Shown piece by piece: positions 35,647-47,400 of a stretch of 64,000 bases of DNA; position 1 is the stretch's first letter; every line of letters begins with the position of its first letter. The DNA comes from an uncultured delta proteobacterium (lineage in GTDB: Bacteria; Myxococcota; Myxococcia; Myxococcales; Anaeromyxobacteraceae). The DNA lies in the NCBI GenBank assembly GCA_963814585.1, contig CAWFDF010000011.1, positions 32,001-96,000 of the forward strand, given 5' to 3'. The notes below the pieces were generated by a model. That model was not told the origin of the DNA and did not search any database. It worked only from the letters and a program-made list of their open reading frames with translations. The position numbers and the translations under genes were made by a program.

Positions 35647-37311
35647 TCAGTCCAGCGACAGGAAGGCGAACGATGAGGCGTTGAGGCCGGGGACGGAGAT
35701 GCTGCTGGCGGTGCCGGTCGGCGTGCCGCCGAGGCCGCCGTCGAGCAGGACCGCGGGGGTCCCGCCGACCCCGACCGTGAAGGCGCCGCTGGCGGCCTTG
35801 GCGAAGTTGGCGACGAAGAGGACTCGCTTCCCTTCCCAGGTCCGGAGCTGGGCGAAGGCGCCGTTCCCGCCGCCGGTGGGCGCCAGGCGGGTGGCCCCGC
35901 CGCGGGCCAGCGGCGGCTGGGCGTGGCGCAGCTTGATGAGGTTGCGGAACAGGTTGTAGAGCGAGGCCGGGTCGGCCCGCTGCGTCTCCAGCTCGACACC
36001 GGCCGGCTCCGTGGGCGGGGCGTAGGCATCGAACCAGGTCGTGGTCCCGGTGGTGAACCCGTGGTAGCCGCCGGTCGACGTGGTCCAGCGATAGGGCGTG
36101 CGCTTGCCCGGGTCGCCGGAGCTCCCCTGGCCGCGCATGCCGAGCTCGTCGCCGTAGTAGAGGAAGGGGGTGCCGGGCATGGCCAGCAGCGTGGCGGCCG
36201 CCACCCGGGCCTCCGGGGAGTTCCAGCCCAGCAGGCCGATGCCCCTGCCGGTGTCGTGGTTGGAGAGGAAGGGGGCCTCGAAGCCGCGGTCCTTCGAGTC
36301 GAGCGCGGCGGCGAAGCGGTCCACCATGGTGCTGAGCTCGGAGGCCCGGCCCAGCTGGGCCGCGTTGAGGATGGCGTCGTTCAGGCCGAAGGAGAAGGCC
36401 AGCTGCACCTCCGTGCCCGCGGCGGCGCCCTCGCCGTGGTAGCTGGCCGTCAACTCGGGCGCCGCCCAGGCCTCGGCCACCAGCAGCGCGTCGGGGTACT
36501 GGGCCTGGAGGGCCGCCCGGGTCCGCTGCAGGAAGGCGTGGGTCTCCGGCTGGTCCACCTGGCCGCCGGAGCCGTTCTCGACGAAGTAGCGGACGGCGTC
36601 GAGCCGGAAGCCGGCCACCCCGCGCGCCAGCCAGAACTTCATCGAGTCGACCAGCTCGGCCTCGACGGCGGCGTTGCGCAGGTCGAGGTCCGGCATGCTG
36701 GCGTCGAAGACGGCGTAGTAGTAGCCGGTCGGCCCGCCGAAGCGGAAGGCGCGGCCGGTCCCCACCGGGCTCAGCCAGCCCGGATCGGTCGGGCTCCAGA
36801 CGTACCAGGCGCGCTTCGCCGAGGTGGTGGACGTGGCCGAGTCCTGGAACCAGGGGTGCTGCGACGAGGAGTGGTTGAGCACCATGTCGAGCAGGACCCT
36901 GATGTTCCGCCTGCGGGCCTCGGCGACGAAGGCGTCGAAGTCGGCCAGCGTTCCGTACTGCGGGTTGATGGCCCGGTAGTCCCTGACGTCGTAGCCGTGG
37001 TAGCTGGGGGAGGGGAAGACCGGCATGAGCCAGACGAAGTCGACGCCGAGCGAGTTGGTGCTGGCGGCCGGGGCGCCGTCGTTCAGCTCGGGCAGCTTTG
37101 CGGTCAGACCCTTCAGGTCGCCGATGCCGTCGCCGTCGGAGTCGGCGAAGCTGCGGACGAAGATCTCGTAGCCGACCTGGTTGCGCCACCAGCCCGAGGT
37201 GTTGGGGGTGATGGGCGGGGCCGCTGGCGTGCTGGAGCCGCCGCAGGCCGTCCCCAGGAGCGCGGCGCAGAGGAGGCCGGCGCTCCGTCCCGTGAGGAGC
37301 GGCGCCCTCAT
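35647..37311 (-). CDS. GH13 alpha-amylase family lipoprotein
   Basis: Lipobox GTAC; SFADSDGDGIGDLKG, YHGYD, GFRLDAV (nucleophile), AEAW, FLSNHD. Confidence 0.93.
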   Translation of the reverse strand: MRAPLLTGRSAGLLCAALLGTACGGSSTPAAPPITPNTSGWWRNQVGYEIFVRSFADSDGDGIGDLKGLTAKLPELNDGAPAASTNSLGVDFVWLMPVFPSPSYHGYDVRDYRAINPQYGTLADFDAFVAEARRRNIRVLLDMVLNHSSSQHPWFQDSATSTTSAKRAWYVWSPTDPGWLSPVGTGRAFRFGGPTGYYYAVFDASMPDLDLRNAAVEAELVDSMKFWLARGVAGFRLDAVRYFVENGSGGQVDQPETHAFLQRTRAALQAQYPDALLVAEAWAAPELTASYHGEGAAAGTEVQLAFSFGLNDAILNAAQLGRASELSTMVDRFAAALDSKDRGFEAPFLSNHDTGRGIGLLGWNSPEARVAAATLLAMPGTPFLYYGDELGMRGQGSSGDPGKRTPYRWTTSTGGYHGFTTGTTTWFDAYAPPTEPAGVELETQRADPASLYNLFRNLIKLRHAQPPLARGGATRLAPTGGGNGAFAQLRTWEGKRVLFVANFAKAASGAFTVGVGGTPAVLLDGGLGGTPTGTASSISVPGLNASSFAFLSLD

Positions 37312-37407
37312 CGCTGGCCTCCGGTCACGCGCTTCGGTCCAGGCGCCATTCGCCTCCCCTGAATCACCGGCCGCGCCTCGCGCCGGCCGGTCTGCCTTTC
37401 CAGCAGA

Positions 37408-37434
37408 ATTAATTCGGAGTATGGTCGAACTGAT
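37408..37434. promoter_or_regulatory. Candidate ROK-repressor operator (imperfect palindrome)
   Basis: ATTAATTCG-N9-CGAACTGAT in an unusually AT-rich divergent intergenic region. Confidence 0.5.
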
Positions 37435-37641
37435 GTTCAGGGACCAGACCAAAGTGTTCCTACCACCTGGCGCCCCTGGGTGTATCGCTGCCGAAAGCCA
37501 CAGACCCAAAGTGCACGGGTTCGAGTCCGAGGCCATGAGTGACGATGAAAGCACAGTAGAATCGGTCACTTGTCTCTCTGCTCTCCAGGGGACGTCGGGT
37601 GGAGGCGCCTTCGTCGTGACGGTCGGACGGGGTAGTCCTTA

Positions 37642-38889
37642 GTGATGGCGGGCTCCCAGCGCATGCTGAAGCGGCTCAACCGGAGAGCCATCGTCCGTCA
37701 CCTCAAGTCAAGGCCGGGCCTGGTCCGGGGCCAGCTGGCGGAGCTCACCGGCCTCGCCGAGTCCACCGTCTCGGTCCTGGTCGGGGAGTTGATCGCCGAG
37801 GGGTGGATCCGGCAGGCCGGCTCCTTGGGCACCGGGGCCGTGGGGCGCCGGGCGCAGTCGCTCGAGGTCGATCCGACCCGGCTCACCCTGCTCGGGGCCG
37901 AGGTGGGCGACGACTTCCTCAACGTCGTCGCCTGTGGCCTGCAGGGCGAGGTCCTCTTCTCGAGGACCGTCGACTACCGTCACGTCGAGCTGGGCCGGTC
38001 GATCGGCGACGTGGCCGACCTCATCATGGTGGCCCGCGCCGCCGTCCTGGCCCGCCACCGCAAGGTGCTCGGCGTCGGCGTCGGCGTGCCGGGCATGGTG
38101 GGGAGCGACGGCTTCCTGCGGCTGGCCCCGAGCATCGGCTGGCGCGAGGTCCCGTTCGGCGAGCTGCTCGCCGGCGCCCTCCGGGACCGGCGCGGCGCCG
38201 GCCTGCCGGTCACCGTGCTCAACGACGCCAACGCCGCGGCCCTGAGCGAGTACGTCTTCGGCGCCAGCCCCACCCTCGGCACCCTGGTCTTCCTCAGCCT
38301 CGGCTACGGCATCGGGGCCGGGATCATGCTGGACGACCGGCTCCACGTCGGCCACGACGGCCTCGCCGGCGAGGTGGGCCACGCCGTCGTCAAGCCCGGG
38401 GGCGCCCCCTGCGCCTGCGGTCGGCGCGGCTGCGTCGAGACCATCCTCTCGCAGAAGGTGATCAGCCGGAAGGCCACCGGCCGCGAGGAGCCGGTCCTCC
38501 ACGTGGCCGAGCTGGTCGCCATGCTGGAGCGCGGCGACGCCACGCTGAGGAAGGTGGTCCGCGAGGCGGGCGAGCAGCTCGGCCAGGTGCTCCAGAACCT
38601 GGTGGTGACCATCAACCCCGAGCTGGTCATCCTCGGTGGGCCACTCAGCCGACTGCAGGGGCTGGTCGACGTCGCCATCGACCAGCTGAAGCGGCTGGAG
38701 GGCGAGCTGCCCTACCACCACGCCGAGGTCCGGGTCTGCCGCTTCGGCCTCGACGCCGCGGCGGTGGGCGCGGCCGCCAGCGTGCTCCACCAGGCCATCC
38801 ACCCCCCGGTCAGGTCGCTGGCGGCCATCGACCCGGCCGAGCGCGACATGGCGCCGCGGCCCGGCATCGGCCGGCCCCTTCCCTTATGA
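37642..38889 (+). CDS. ROK family transcriptional repressor
   Basis: N-terminal HTH, GVGVPG, NDANAAALSE, GEVGH, CACGRRGCVE. Confidence 0.93.
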   Translation: MMAGSQRMLKRLNRRAIVRHLKSRPGLVRGQLAELTGLAESTVSVLVGELIAEGWIRQAGSLGTGAVGRRAQSLEVDPTRLTLLGAEVGDDFLNVVACGLQGEVLFSRTVDYRHVELGRSIGDVADLIMVARAAVLARHRKVLGVGVGVPGMVGSDGFLRLAPSIGWREVPFGELLAGALRDRRGAGLPVTVLNDANAAALSEYVFGASPTLGTLVFLSLGYGIGAGIMLDDRLHVGHDGLAGEVGHAVVKPGGAPCACGRRGCVETILSQKVISRKATGREEPVLHVAELVAMLERGDATLRKVVREAGEQLGQVLQNLVVTINPELVILGGPLSRLQGLVDVAIDQLKRLEGELPYHHAEVRVCRFGLDAAAVGAAASVLHQAIHPPVRSLAAIDPAERDMAPRPGIGRPLPL

Positions 38890-38929
38890 TCGACGCCGTC
38901 CAACCGCCTCACGCCCAGAGGACCGCCCC

Positions 38930-41900
38930 GTGACCATGCCCCGCCTCGCCGTCAACGCGCACCCAGCGCGCGCCCTCCTCGCCGTCGGCCTCGTCACCCT
39001 CGCCGGCGCCTGCTCCAGCTCATCCTCCTCCCCGGGCGCCGATCTCTCCGCGTGCGACGGGAACGTCATGGTGACGCTGAACGCCGTGGCGGTGGCGCCA
39101 GGCCCCGTCTGCGACCCCACCAAGCCCACCACGCTCAAGATCCACTACCACCGCGACGACGGGGACTACGCCGGCTGGGGCCTCCACGTCTGGACGCTGG
39201 TCCCGTCGGCGTCCGGGGCGCCGGTGGTGACGGAGACCGCCTGGGCCAGCCCGCTGGCCCAGGCGGGCACCGACGCCTTCGGCGTCTACTTCCAGCCGGC
39301 GGTGCTCGCCTCGAGCGGCACCGTCGGCTACATCTTCCACAAGGGCGACACCAAGGACCTTCCCGACGACCAGAGCTACGCGCTGAAGTGCGGCGACAAC
39401 GAGATCTGGCGCCTCTCCGGCGACACCGCCACCTACCTGACCGCGCCGCCGACGGGTGGCGTGAAGGACATCGCCACCGTCCGGGTCCACTACCGCCGCT
39501 TCGACGGCGCCTTTGACCAGTGGGGCCTGCACCTCTTTGCCGCCGGCGGAATCGACCCCGCCAGGCTGCCCGGCCTGACGCTCAACGACTGGAGCAGCCC
39601 GGTGCCCTTCAGCGCCATGCCCGGATACGCCGCCAGCGCTGACGGCTCCGAGGTGACCTTCGACATCCCGGTGCTCAACCCCGTAGGCGACGCCACCCGC
39701 ACCGCCCTCACCTTCGTGATCCACGGTATGCCGTCCAACCCGAACGGCGGGGTGGACAACAAGGACGGCCGGAGCGGCGACATCGTGGTGAACTACGCGC
39801 GCCTCACCGTGGCCGCGCAGGTGGGCGAAGTCTGGCTGGCGCAGGAGGACAGCAGCGTCTACTCCGTGGTGCCCGACCTGCGCAGCGCCTCGACCACCGA
39901 CGCGCGAGCCGTCTGGCTGACGAGGCAGCTGATCAAGTGGCCCAAGGTGGACGGGACCGGCGCTTTCAAGCTCTACCGGTCGGCCACCGCCCGGCTGCTC
40001 GCGCCCAAGGACGCCAAGGTGACCGGCGCCGACGGCGCGCTCACGCTCGACGTCTTCACCGGGACCATCCCGCCCGACGTGGCGACGCGCTTCAAGTACG
40101 TCTCGGGCGGCGTGGTGCTGTCGCTGAGGGCGGCCGACCTGGCCGGGATCGCGACGATGCTCAGGGACCAGCTGGTGCTGGTGCAGGAGGACGGGGCCGG
40201 CCTGGTCCAGAACGCCACCACCCTGCAGGTGGCCGGGGCGCTCGACGACCTCTATGCGGCGGCCAACGCGGCCACCGCCGACCTCGGCGCCAGCCCGGCC
40301 GCGGGGCAGACCGCCTTCAAGCTCTGGGCGCCGACGGCGCGCAAGGTTTCGCTCTGCACCTACGACACCGGGGCCGGTGGCGCCACCGCGCTCGACGCCA
40401 TGACCTTCGACGCCGCCACCGGCACCTGGAGCGTGGCCAGGCCGGGCGACTTCTCCGGCAAGTACTATCGCTACGTGGTGGAGGTCTTCGCCCGCGGCGT
40501 GGGCATGGTGCGCAACCTGGTGACCGACCCGTACTCAGTCAGCCTCACCACCGACTCGAAGCGCAGCTACGTGGCCGACCTGTCGGCGACGCGGCTCCGC
40601 CCGGCAGGCTGGGACACCGCGCCGTCGCCGCCCCAGCCCGGAGCCCAGACCGACCTCGCCATCTACGAGCTGCACGTCCGCGACTTCTCGATCAACGACG
40701 CCAGCGTGCCGCTGGCGCACCGAGGCAGGTACCTGGCCTTCACCGACGCCACCTCCGACGGCATGAAGCACCTGAAGGCGCTGGCCACGGCCGGGGTGAC
40801 CGACATCCACCTGCTGCCGGTCTTCGACCTCGCCACCGTCAAGGAGAACCCGGCGGACCGGGTCGACCTGACCTCGCCGTTCGCCGACCTGTGCGCCAGG
40901 TCGCCCGTGCCCATCGCCGCCTCCCGCTGCGCCCCGTTCGCGGGCAAGACCGTGGGCGAGGCCCTGGCCACCTTCGGGCCGGCCGCCACGCAGCAGCAGG
41001 AGTTCGTGGGCTACATGGCCGAGCTCGACGGCTTCAACTGGGGCTACGACCCGTTCCACTACACCGCGCCCGAGGGGAGCTACGCCAGCGATGCCGCCGA
41101 CGGCGCCACCCGGGTGCTGGAGTTCCGGCAGATGGTGATGGGGCTGCACCAGGCCGGCCTGCGGGTCGGCATGGACGTGGTCTACAACCACACCACCGCC
41201 CACGGGCAGGGCGAGAAGTCGGTGCTGGACCGGATCGTGCCGGGCTACTACCACCGGCTCGACGCCGCCGGCGCGGTGACCAAGTCCACCTGCTGCAGCA
41301 ACACCGCCACCGAGAACGCCATGATGGCCAAGCTGATGAGCGACTCGGTGCTGACCTGGGCCACCCAGTACCGGATCGACTCCTTCCGCTTCGACCTGAT
41401 GGGCCACCAGCCGCGCTCGGTGATGGAGGCCATCAAGGCCCGGCTCAGGGCGGCGACCGGACGTGACATCCACCTCCTCGGCGAGGGCTGGAACTTCGAG
41501 GAGGTCAAGGACGGGGCCCGCTTCGTCCAGGCCTCGCAGCTCTCGCTCAACGGCTCGGGCATCGCCACCTTCAGCGACCGCGCCCGCGACCGGATCCGCG
41601 GCGGCGGCCCGTTCGACAGCGGTGCCAGCCTGGTGGCGAACCAGGGCTACGTCAACGGCCTCTCCTACGATCCCAACGCCAGCGGCCCGACCGGGGCCGC
41701 CGCGGTCAACGCCCTGGCCGCAGCCGCCGACATGGTCCGCGTCGGGCTGGCCGGCTCGATCCGCGACTACCCGCTCACCGCCTGGGATGGCACCGCCACC
41801 ACGCTGCAGGCCGTCGACTACAACGGCCAGCCGGCTGGCTACGTCACCTCGCCCGACGAGGTGGTCAACTACGTCGAGAACCACGACAACCAGACCTTCT

Positions 41901-42601
41901 TCGACATCAACGTCTACAAGGCACCGCTCGGCACCTCGATGGACGACCGGGTCCGGATCCAGCTGCTGGGCGTGGCGCTCAACGCCGTCAGCCAGGGGAT
42001 CGCCTACTACCACGCCGGCATCGACACGCTCCGCAGCAAGTCGATGGACCAGGACAGCTACAACTCCGGCGACTGGTTCAACCGGCTCGACTGGACCTAC
42101 TCCGGCAACAACTTCGGCGTGGGCTCGCCGGTCCAGGGCAAGAACGGGAACAACTGGTCGATCATCCAGCCGCTCCTCGCCAACCCGACGCTCCGCCCGG
42201 ATGCCGCGGCCATCGCCTTCGCCCGCGACGGCTTCCGCGACCTGCTGGCCATCCGCCAGAGCTCCACGCTCTTCCGGCTCCGGACCGCGGACGACGTGAA
42301 GGCCCGGCTCACCTTCCCCAACAGCGGCCCGGGGCAGCTGGCCACGGTGATGGCGGGGCACCTCGACGGCAGCGGTTACGCCGGCGCCGGCTTCCAGGAG
42401 GTGCTCTACCTGGTCAACGTCGACAAGGTGGCCCACGACCTCACGCTGGCCGGCCAGGCCGGCAAGGCCTGGGTGCTCCATCCGGTGCAGGCCGCGGCCA
42501 GCGCCGCCGACCAGCGGCCCCGCACGGCGGCGGCCTTCGCCTCCGGCACCGGCACCTTCACCGTGCCGCCCCGCACGGCCGTGGTCTACGTCGTCAACTG
42601 A
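38930..42601 (+). CDS. Pullulanase-type alpha-1,6-glucosidase lipoprotein (GH13) with two N-terminal CBM41/PUD-like domains
   Basis: Lipobox LAGAC; two HYxRxDG…WGLH domains; NWGYDP, FRFDLMG, GEGW, YVENHD. Confidence 0.93.
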   Translation: MTMPRLAVNAHPARALLAVGLVTLAGACSSSSSSPGADLSACDGNVMVTLNAVAVAPGPVCDPTKPTTLKIHYHRDDGDYAGWGLHVWTLVPSASGAPVVTETAWASPLAQAGTDAFGVYFQPAVLASSGTVGYIFHKGDTKDLPDDQSYALKCGDNEIWRLSGDTATYLTAPPTGGVKDIATVRVHYRRFDGAFDQWGLHLFAAGGIDPARLPGLTLNDWSSPVPFSAMPGYAASADGSEVTFDIPVLNPVGDATRTALTFVIHGMPSNPNGGVDNKDGRSGDIVVNYARLTVAAQVGEVWLAQEDSSVYSVVPDLRSASTTDARAVWLTRQLIKWPKVDGTGAFKLYRSATARLLAPKDAKVTGADGALTLDVFTGTIPPDVATRFKYVSGGVVLSLRAADLAGIATMLRDQLVLVQEDGAGLVQNATTLQVAGALDDLYAAANAATADLGASPAAGQTAFKLWAPTARKVSLCTYDTGAGGATALDAMTFDAATGTWSVARPGDFSGKYYRYVVEVFARGVGMVRNLVTDPYSVSLTTDSKRSYVADLSATRLRPAGWDTAPSPPQPGAQTDLAIYELHVRDFSINDASVPLAHRGRYLAFTDATSDGMKHLKALATAGVTDIHLLPVFDLATVKENPADRVDLTSPFADLCARSPVPIAASRCAPFAGKTVGEALATFGPAATQQQEFVGYMAELDGFNWGYDPFHYTAPEGSYASDAADGATRVLEFRQMVMGLHQAGLRVGMDVVYNHTTAHGQGEKSVLDRIVPGYYHRLDAAGAVTKSTCCSNTATENAMMAKLMSDSVLTWATQYRIDSFRFDLMGHQPRSVMEAIKARLRAATGRDIHLLGEGWNFEEVKDGARFVQASQLSLNGSGIATFSDRARDRIRGGGPFDSGASLVANQGYVNGLSYDPNASGPTGAAAVNALAAAADMVRVGLAGSIRDYPLTAWDGTATTLQAVDYNGQPAGYVTSPDEVVNYVENHDNQTFFDINVYKAPLGTSMDDRVRIQLLGVALNAVSQGIAYYHAGIDTLRSKSMDQDSYNSGDWFNRLDWTYSGNNFGVGSPVQGKNGNNWSIIQPLLANPTLRPDAAAIAFARDGFRDLLAIRQSSTLFRLRTADDVKARLTFPNSGPGQLATVMAGHLDGSGYAGAGFQEVLYLVNVDKVAHDLTLAGQAGKAWVLHPVQAAASAADQRPRTAAAFASGTGTFTVPPRTAVVYVVN

Positions 42602-42613
42602 GCTCGATCCGCT

Positions 42614-42642
42614 CCCTGGCGGCGTCCCCACCGCCGCCAGGG
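42614..42642 (+). terminator. GC hairpin after the pullulanase gene (no U-tract)
   Basis: ccctggcggcg…cgccgccaggg perfect stem, followed by a lone element end ctagtgccgcgccccagg (42643-42660). Confidence 0.5.
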
Positions 42643-42767
42643 CTAGTGCCGCGCCCCAGGCCGCACCGGCGGGCCGGCCGGTTCCCGCCCCCCGCGCCGC
42701 CGTCGGGCCGCTCGCCTCCCGGCGGCCGGATGCGGTATGAAAACGGGCCCCTCCGCGAGGACCGCCC

Positions 42768-44132
42768 GTGAAGACGCTCGTGACCACCGCCCCCGACTTC
42801 GCCGACGCCTGGCGCGCCCGCTGCGCGCGCGGCTCGGACGAGGACGAGGCCCCGGTGCGGGAGGCGGCCGCGCGCGTGGTGGCCGACGTCCGGGCCCGGG
42901 GCGACGCGGCGCTGCTCGACTACACGGCCCGCTGGGATCGCTGGGTGCCGGCCTCGGCCGCCGCCCTGGCGCTGGGCCCCGCCGACTTCGCCGCCGCCTG
43001 GCGCGGCCTCCCCGACGCCGGCCGGAGGGCGCTGCAGCTGGCCGCCGATCGGGTCCGCGCCTTCCACGAGCGCGAGCGCGACGCCGAGGTGCCGGCCTTC
43101 ACCGACGCGCTGGGCGCCCGGCTGGCCCAGCTCACCCACCCGCTGGCCCGCGTCGGCCTGTACGTGCCGGGCGGCACCGCCCGCTATCCGTCCTCGGTGC
43201 TGATGACCGCCATCCCGGCCCGCGTCGCCGGCGTGCCCGAGGTGGTGGTGACCACGCCCGGCCTGCACGCCACCGGCGCGGTCGACGGCTGGACGCTGGC
43301 CGCCTGCCACGTCAGCCGGGTCTCCCGCCTCTTCAAGGTGGGTGGGGCCCAGGCGGTGGCGGCGCTGGCCTACGGCACCGCCACCGTGCCGGCGGTCGAC
43401 AAGATCTGCGGCCCCGGCAACGCCTACGTGGCGGCCGCCAAGCGGCTGGTCTTCGGGCAGGTGGACATCGACATGATCGCCGGCCCCAGCGAGATCCTGG
43501 TGCTGGCCGACGCCGGGGCCATGGCCGAGGAGGTGGCGGCCGACCTGCTGGCCCAGGCCGAGCACGACGTCCGTGCCGTCGCCGTGCTGGTGACGCCGTC
43601 GAGGGCGCTGGCGGCGGCGGTCGGCCTCGAGGTGGAGCGCCAGCTGGCCGGCCTGCCGCGCCGGGAGATCGCCGGCCGCGCCATCGCCGAGCGGGGCGCC
43701 GTGGTGGTGACCCGGTCCCTGGCCGAGGCGGTCCGCCTCGCCGACCAGTTCGCGCCCGAGCACCTCGCCGTCCACGCCGCCGGGGCGCGGAAGCTGCTGC
43801 CCAGGCTGTCTCGCGCCGGCGCCGTCTTCGTGGGCGCCTCCACGCCCGAGGCGGTGGGCGACTACCTGGCCGGCCCGAGCCACGTGCTCCCCACCGCCGG
43901 CACCGCTCGCTTCGCCTCGCCGCTCTCGGTGGCCACCTTCCGGCGCCGCCAGAGCGTGCTCGAGTTCACGCCGCGGGCGCTGGCCGCGGTGGCGCCGGCG
44001 GTCGAGGCGCTGGCGGGGGCCGAGGGGCTGGAGGGCCACTGGCGGGCGGTGCGGGTGAGGGTCGAGGGGAGGCGGATCAAGCCTGCGAGGCGGGTCAAGC
44101 GGTCGAGCTCGAAGCGCCGAGGGAGGACCTGA
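42768..44132 (+). CDS. hisD: Histidinol dehydrogenase
   Basis: GLYVPGG, KICGPGN, IDMIAGPSE, QAEHD, PEHL. Confidence 0.95.
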   Translation: MKTLVTTAPDFADAWRARCARGSDEDEAPVREAAARVVADVRARGDAALLDYTARWDRWVPASAAALALGPADFAAAWRGLPDAGRRALQLAADRVRAFHERERDAEVPAFTDALGARLAQLTHPLARVGLYVPGGTARYPSSVLMTAIPARVAGVPEVVVTTPGLHATGAVDGWTLAACHVSRVSRLFKVGGAQAVAALAYGTATVPAVDKICGPGNAYVAAAKRLVFGQVDIDMIAGPSEILVLADAGAMAEEVAADLLAQAEHDVRAVAVLVTPSRALAAAVGLEVERQLAGLPRREIAGRAIAERGAVVVTRSLAEAVRLADQFAPEHLAVHAAGARKLLPRLSRAGAVFVGASTPEAVGDYLAGPSHVLPTAGTARFASPLSVATFRRRQSVLEFTPRALAAVAPAVEALAGAEGLEGHWRAVRVRVEGRRIKPARRVKRSSSKRRGRT

Positions 44133-44770
44133 TGGCGGCCAGGAAGGCGAAGTCGGTGTCGACGCCGAAGTCGAACCCGAAGTCGAAGCCGGGGCAGGGC
44201 CGGATCGCCCGCAAGACGAAGGAGACCGACGTGGCGGTGACGCTGGCGCTCGGCGGCGTCGAGTGCCGGACCGCGACCGGCCTGCCGTTCTTCGATCACA
44301 TGCTGGCGCAGCTGTCCCGCCACGGAGGCCTCTCGCTGCGGGTCAGGGCGCGCGGCGACCTCGAGGTCGACGCCCACCACACCGTCGAGGACGTCGGCAT
44401 CGCCATCGGCGAGGCGCTGCGCGCGGCGCTGGGCGACAAGGCCGGGCTGGCCCGCTACGGCCACGCCGTGGTGCCGCTCGACGAGGCGCTGGTGGAGGCG
44501 GTCGTCGACCTCTCCGGCCGGCCGCACCTCACCTTCAACGCCCACCTGCCGAGCGGGAAGAAGTTCATCGGCGGCTACGACGTGGATCTCACCCAGGACT
44601 TCCTGCAGGCCCTCTGCAACCACGCCCGGATCTGCCTCCACGTCAACGTGCGCTACGGGCGGAACCTCCACCACGTCGTCGAGGCCACCTTCAAGGCGGT
44701 GGCCCGCGCGCTGCGCGCCGCCACGGTGCGCGAGGGGACGGCCCTGCCCTCGACCAAGGGCGTGCTGTGA
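44132..44770 (+). CDS. hisB: Imidazoleglycerol-phosphate dehydratase
   Basis: FFDHML, DAHHTVED, NLHHVVEATFKA. Confidence 0.96.
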   Translation: MAARKAKSVSTPKSNPKSKPGQGRIARKTKETDVAVTLALGGVECRTATGLPFFDHMLAQLSRHGGLSLRVRARGDLEVDAHHTVEDVGIAIGEALRAALGDKAGLARYGHAVVPLDEALVEAVVDLSGRPHLTFNAHLPSGKKFIGGYDVDLTQDFLQALCNHARICLHVNVRYGRNLHHVVEATFKAVARALRAATVREGTALPSTKGVL

Positions 44771-44801
44771 AGGCGAGGCCCATGCCCGCGAGAGCCGCGC
44801 C

Positions 44802-45413
44802 GTGAGCCTGCCGGGCACCGTCGCCCTCGTCGACTACGGCGCCGGCAACCTGCGCTCGGTGGAGAACGCGCTGCGCGAGGTCGGGGCCCGGGTGGTGGTG
44901 ACGCGAGACCCGGCCGCGGTGCGCGCCGCCGACCGGGTGGTGGTCCCCGGGCAGGGGGCCATGCCGGCCTGCGCCGAGGCCATGCGCGGCAGCGGCGTCG
45001 AGGCGGCCCTGCGCGAGGTGATCGCCCGCGGCACGCCGGTGCTGGGCATCTGCGTCGGCCTGCAGATCCTCTTCACCGACGGGGAGGAGGCGGGGGGGGC
45101 GCGGGGGCTCGGCCTGGTGCCCGGCACCGTGCGCAGGCTCCCCGCCGAGGTGCGGCTGCCCCACATCGGCTGGTCGAGGCTGAGCGCGGCCGGGCCGCTC
45201 CACCCGATCTTCGCGCCGCTCGACGGGAAGTACGTCTACTTCGCCCACAGCTACGCCGCCCCGGCCGACGCCCCCGGCACCCAGCTCACCGCCACCCACG
45301 GCCGGCCCTTCTGCGCCGGGCTGGCGCGCGGCCACCTCTTCGCGGTCCAGTTCCACCCGGAGAAGAGCCAGCAGGTCGGGCTCGACTTCCTGCGCCGCTT
45401 CGTGGGGCTCTAG
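44802..45413 (+). CDS. hisH: IGP synthase glutaminase subunit
   Basis: DYGAGN, GICVG, QFHPEKS. Confidence 0.96.
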   Translation: MSLPGTVALVDYGAGNLRSVENALREVGARVVVTRDPAAVRAADRVVVPGQGAMPACAEAMRGSGVEAALREVIARGTPVLGICVGLQILFTDGEEAGGARGLGLVPGTVRRLPAEVRLPHIGWSRLSAAGPLHPIFAPLDGKYVYFAHSYAAPADAPGTQLTATHGRPFCAGLARGHLFAVQFHPEKSQQVGLDFLRRFVGL

Positions 45414-46139
45414 ATGCTGGTGATCCCGGCCATCGATCTCATGGGGGGCGAGGCGGTCCGCCTGCAGAAGGGGGACTTCGCCACCAAGCAGGTCTACTCG
45501 CGCCACCCGGCCGAGGAGGCCGAGAAGTTCGCCGCCGCCGGCGCCACGCTGCTCCACGTCGTCGACCTCGACGGGGCCAGGGCCGGCTGGCCGGTCAACC
45601 TCTCCACGGTGGCCGAGCTCTGCGCCGTGAAGGGGCTCGAGGTCGAGCTGGGCGGGGGCCTGCGGACGCTCCCCGACATCGAGAAGGTGCTGGCGCTGGG
45701 GGTCTCGGCGGTGGTGCTGGGCACCGCGGCGGTGGAGCGGCTGGACCTGGTCCGGCAGGCCTGCGAGAGGTTCCCGGGCCGGGTCCGCTGCGGCATCGAC
45801 GCCCGCCACGGCGAGGTGAAGGTGGCCGGCTGGCTGGAGGGCTCCGGCCTCAGGGCCGCCGAGGTGGCGCGGCGGGTCAAGGAGGCCGGCGTGACGCTGG
45901 TCGAGTACACCGACGTGGCCCGCGACGGCATGTTCACCGGCGTCGACGCCGCCGGCGCGGCGGCGCTGCAGGCCGAGGCGGGGGTGCCGGTGGTGGCCTC
46001 CGGCGGCGTGGCCGGCCTCGACGACATCCGGGCCTGCCTGGCCGCCGGCGTGGCCGGGGTCATCGTCGGCAAGGCGCTCTACGAGGGGCGCTTCAAGCTG
46101 GCCGACGCGGTGGCGCTGGCGGCCGGGAAGGGTGCCTAG
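45414..46139 (+). CDS. hisA: ProFAR isomerase
   Basis: [23 protein letters not shown]. Confidence 0.96.
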   Translation: MLVIPAIDLMGGEAVRLQKGDFATKQVYSRHPAEEAEKFAAAGATLLHVVDLDGARAGWPVNLSTVAELCAVKGLEVELGGGLRTLPDIEKVLALGVSAVVLGTAAVERLDLVRQACERFPGRVRCGIDARHGEVKVAGWLEGSGLRAAEVARRVKEAGVTLVEYTDVARDGMFTGVDAAGAAALQAEAGVPVVASGGVAGLDDIRACLAAGVAGVIVGKALYEGRFKLADAVALAAGKGA

Positions 46140-46144
46140 CCGAC

Positions 46145-46912
46145 ATGCCCGCCAAGCGGATCATCCCCTGCCTCGACGTCAAGGACGGGCGCGTCGTCAA
46201 GGGGGTCAAGTTCCAGAACCTGCGCGACGCCGGCGACCCGGTCGAGGCGGCCGCCCGCTACGACGCCCAGGGGGCCGACGAGATCACCTACCTCGACATC
46301 GCCGCCACGCTGGAGAACCGCGGCACGCTCCTCGACCTGGTGAGCCGGACCGCGGCCCGGGTCTTCGCCCCGCTCACCGTGGGCGGCGGGGTGCGCAGCG
46401 AGGCCGACTTCGTGGCGCTGCTGCGCGCCGGGGCCGACAAGGTGAGCGTCAACTCCTCGGCGGTGAAGGACCCGGGCCTGGTGGACCGGCTCTCCGCCCT
46501 CGCCGGGGCGCAGGCGCTGGTGGTGGCGGTCGACGTCAAGCGCCGGCCTCGCCTGGAGGGGCGCGCGCAGGAGTGGGAGGTCCACGTGGCCGGCGGCTCG
46601 AGGCCGACCGGGCGCGAGGGGCTGGCCTGGATCCGCGAGGTGGCCGACCGCGGCGCCGGCGAGCTGCTGCTCACCTCGATGGACCGCGACGGTACGCAGG
46701 CCGGCTACGACCTCGAGCTGCTGGAGCGGGTGGCCGCGGCGGTGCGCATCCCGGTCATCGCCTCGGGCGGGGTGGGGACCCTGGCCCACCTCGCCGAGGG
46801 GCTGCGCTTCGCCGACGCGGCGCTGGCCGCCTCGATCTTCCACGACGGCACGCACACGGTCGGCGAGGCCAAGAGGTACCTGCTGGAGCGTGGCGTGGAG
46901 GTGCGGCCATGA
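46145..46912 (+). CDS. hisF: IGP synthase cyclase subunit
   Basis: [30 protein letters not shown]. Confidence 0.96.
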   Translation: MPAKRIIPCLDVKDGRVVKGVKFQNLRDAGDPVEAAARYDAQGADEITYLDIAATLENRGTLLDLVSRTAARVFAPLTVGGGVRSEADFVALLRAGADKVSVNSSAVKDPGLVDRLSALAGAQALVVAVDVKRRPRLEGRAQEWEVHVAGGSRPTGREGLAWIREVADRGAGELLLTSMDRDGTQAGYDLELLERVAAAVRIPVIASGGVGTLAHLAEGLRFADAALAASIFHDGTHTVGEAKRYLLERGVEVRP

Positions 46913-47400
46913 GTGGAGCGACGGCGCAGGCGGCCCTGCTGGGGCTGGTCAGGTTCGACGAGCGGGGGCTGGTGCCGGTGGTGACCCAGGAGGCCGACGG
47001 CACGGTGCTGATGCTGGCCTGGGCCAGCCGGGAGGCGCTGGCCCGGACCCTCGCCACCGGGCGCGGCACCTACTGGTCGCGCAGCCGCAAGGCCCTCTGG
47101 CGCAAGGGGGACACCTCCGGCCACGTCCAGGAGGTCCTCTCGGTCTCGGTGGACTGCGACGGCGACGCCGTGCTCTACGTGGTCCGGCAGTCCGGGCCGG
47201 CCTGCCACACCGGGGAGCGGAGCTGCTTCCACACCACCCAGGAGATCACATGGCCGACGAGCGGTTCCTCGCGACCCTCTGGAAGACCATCGAAGCGCGC
47301 CGCGACGACCCGGCCGCCTTCGAGAGCTACACCCGCAAGCTCCTCGCGGCCCCGGCCAAGGCCCGCCGCAAGGTCATCGAGGAGGCCTACGAGGTCGTAG
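46909..47400 (+). CDS. hisI: Phosphoribosyl-AMP cyclohydrolase (conserved part ends about 47235; frame runs on into hisE)
   Basis: YWSRSR…KGDTSG…DCDGD…[10 protein letters not shown]. Confidence 0.9.
   Translation: MSGATAQAALLGLVRFDERGLVPVVTQEADGTVLMLAWASREALARTLATGRGTYWSRSRKALWRKGDTSGHVQEVLSVSVDCDGDAVLYVVRQSGPACHTGERSCFHTTQEITWPTSGSSRPSGRPSKRAATTRPPSRATPASSSRPRPRPAARSSRRPTRS

Noticed and set aside
37515..37532. GGTTCGAGTCC resembling a tRNA T-loop
   Set aside because: No proper T stem, acceptor stem or anticodon arm around it.
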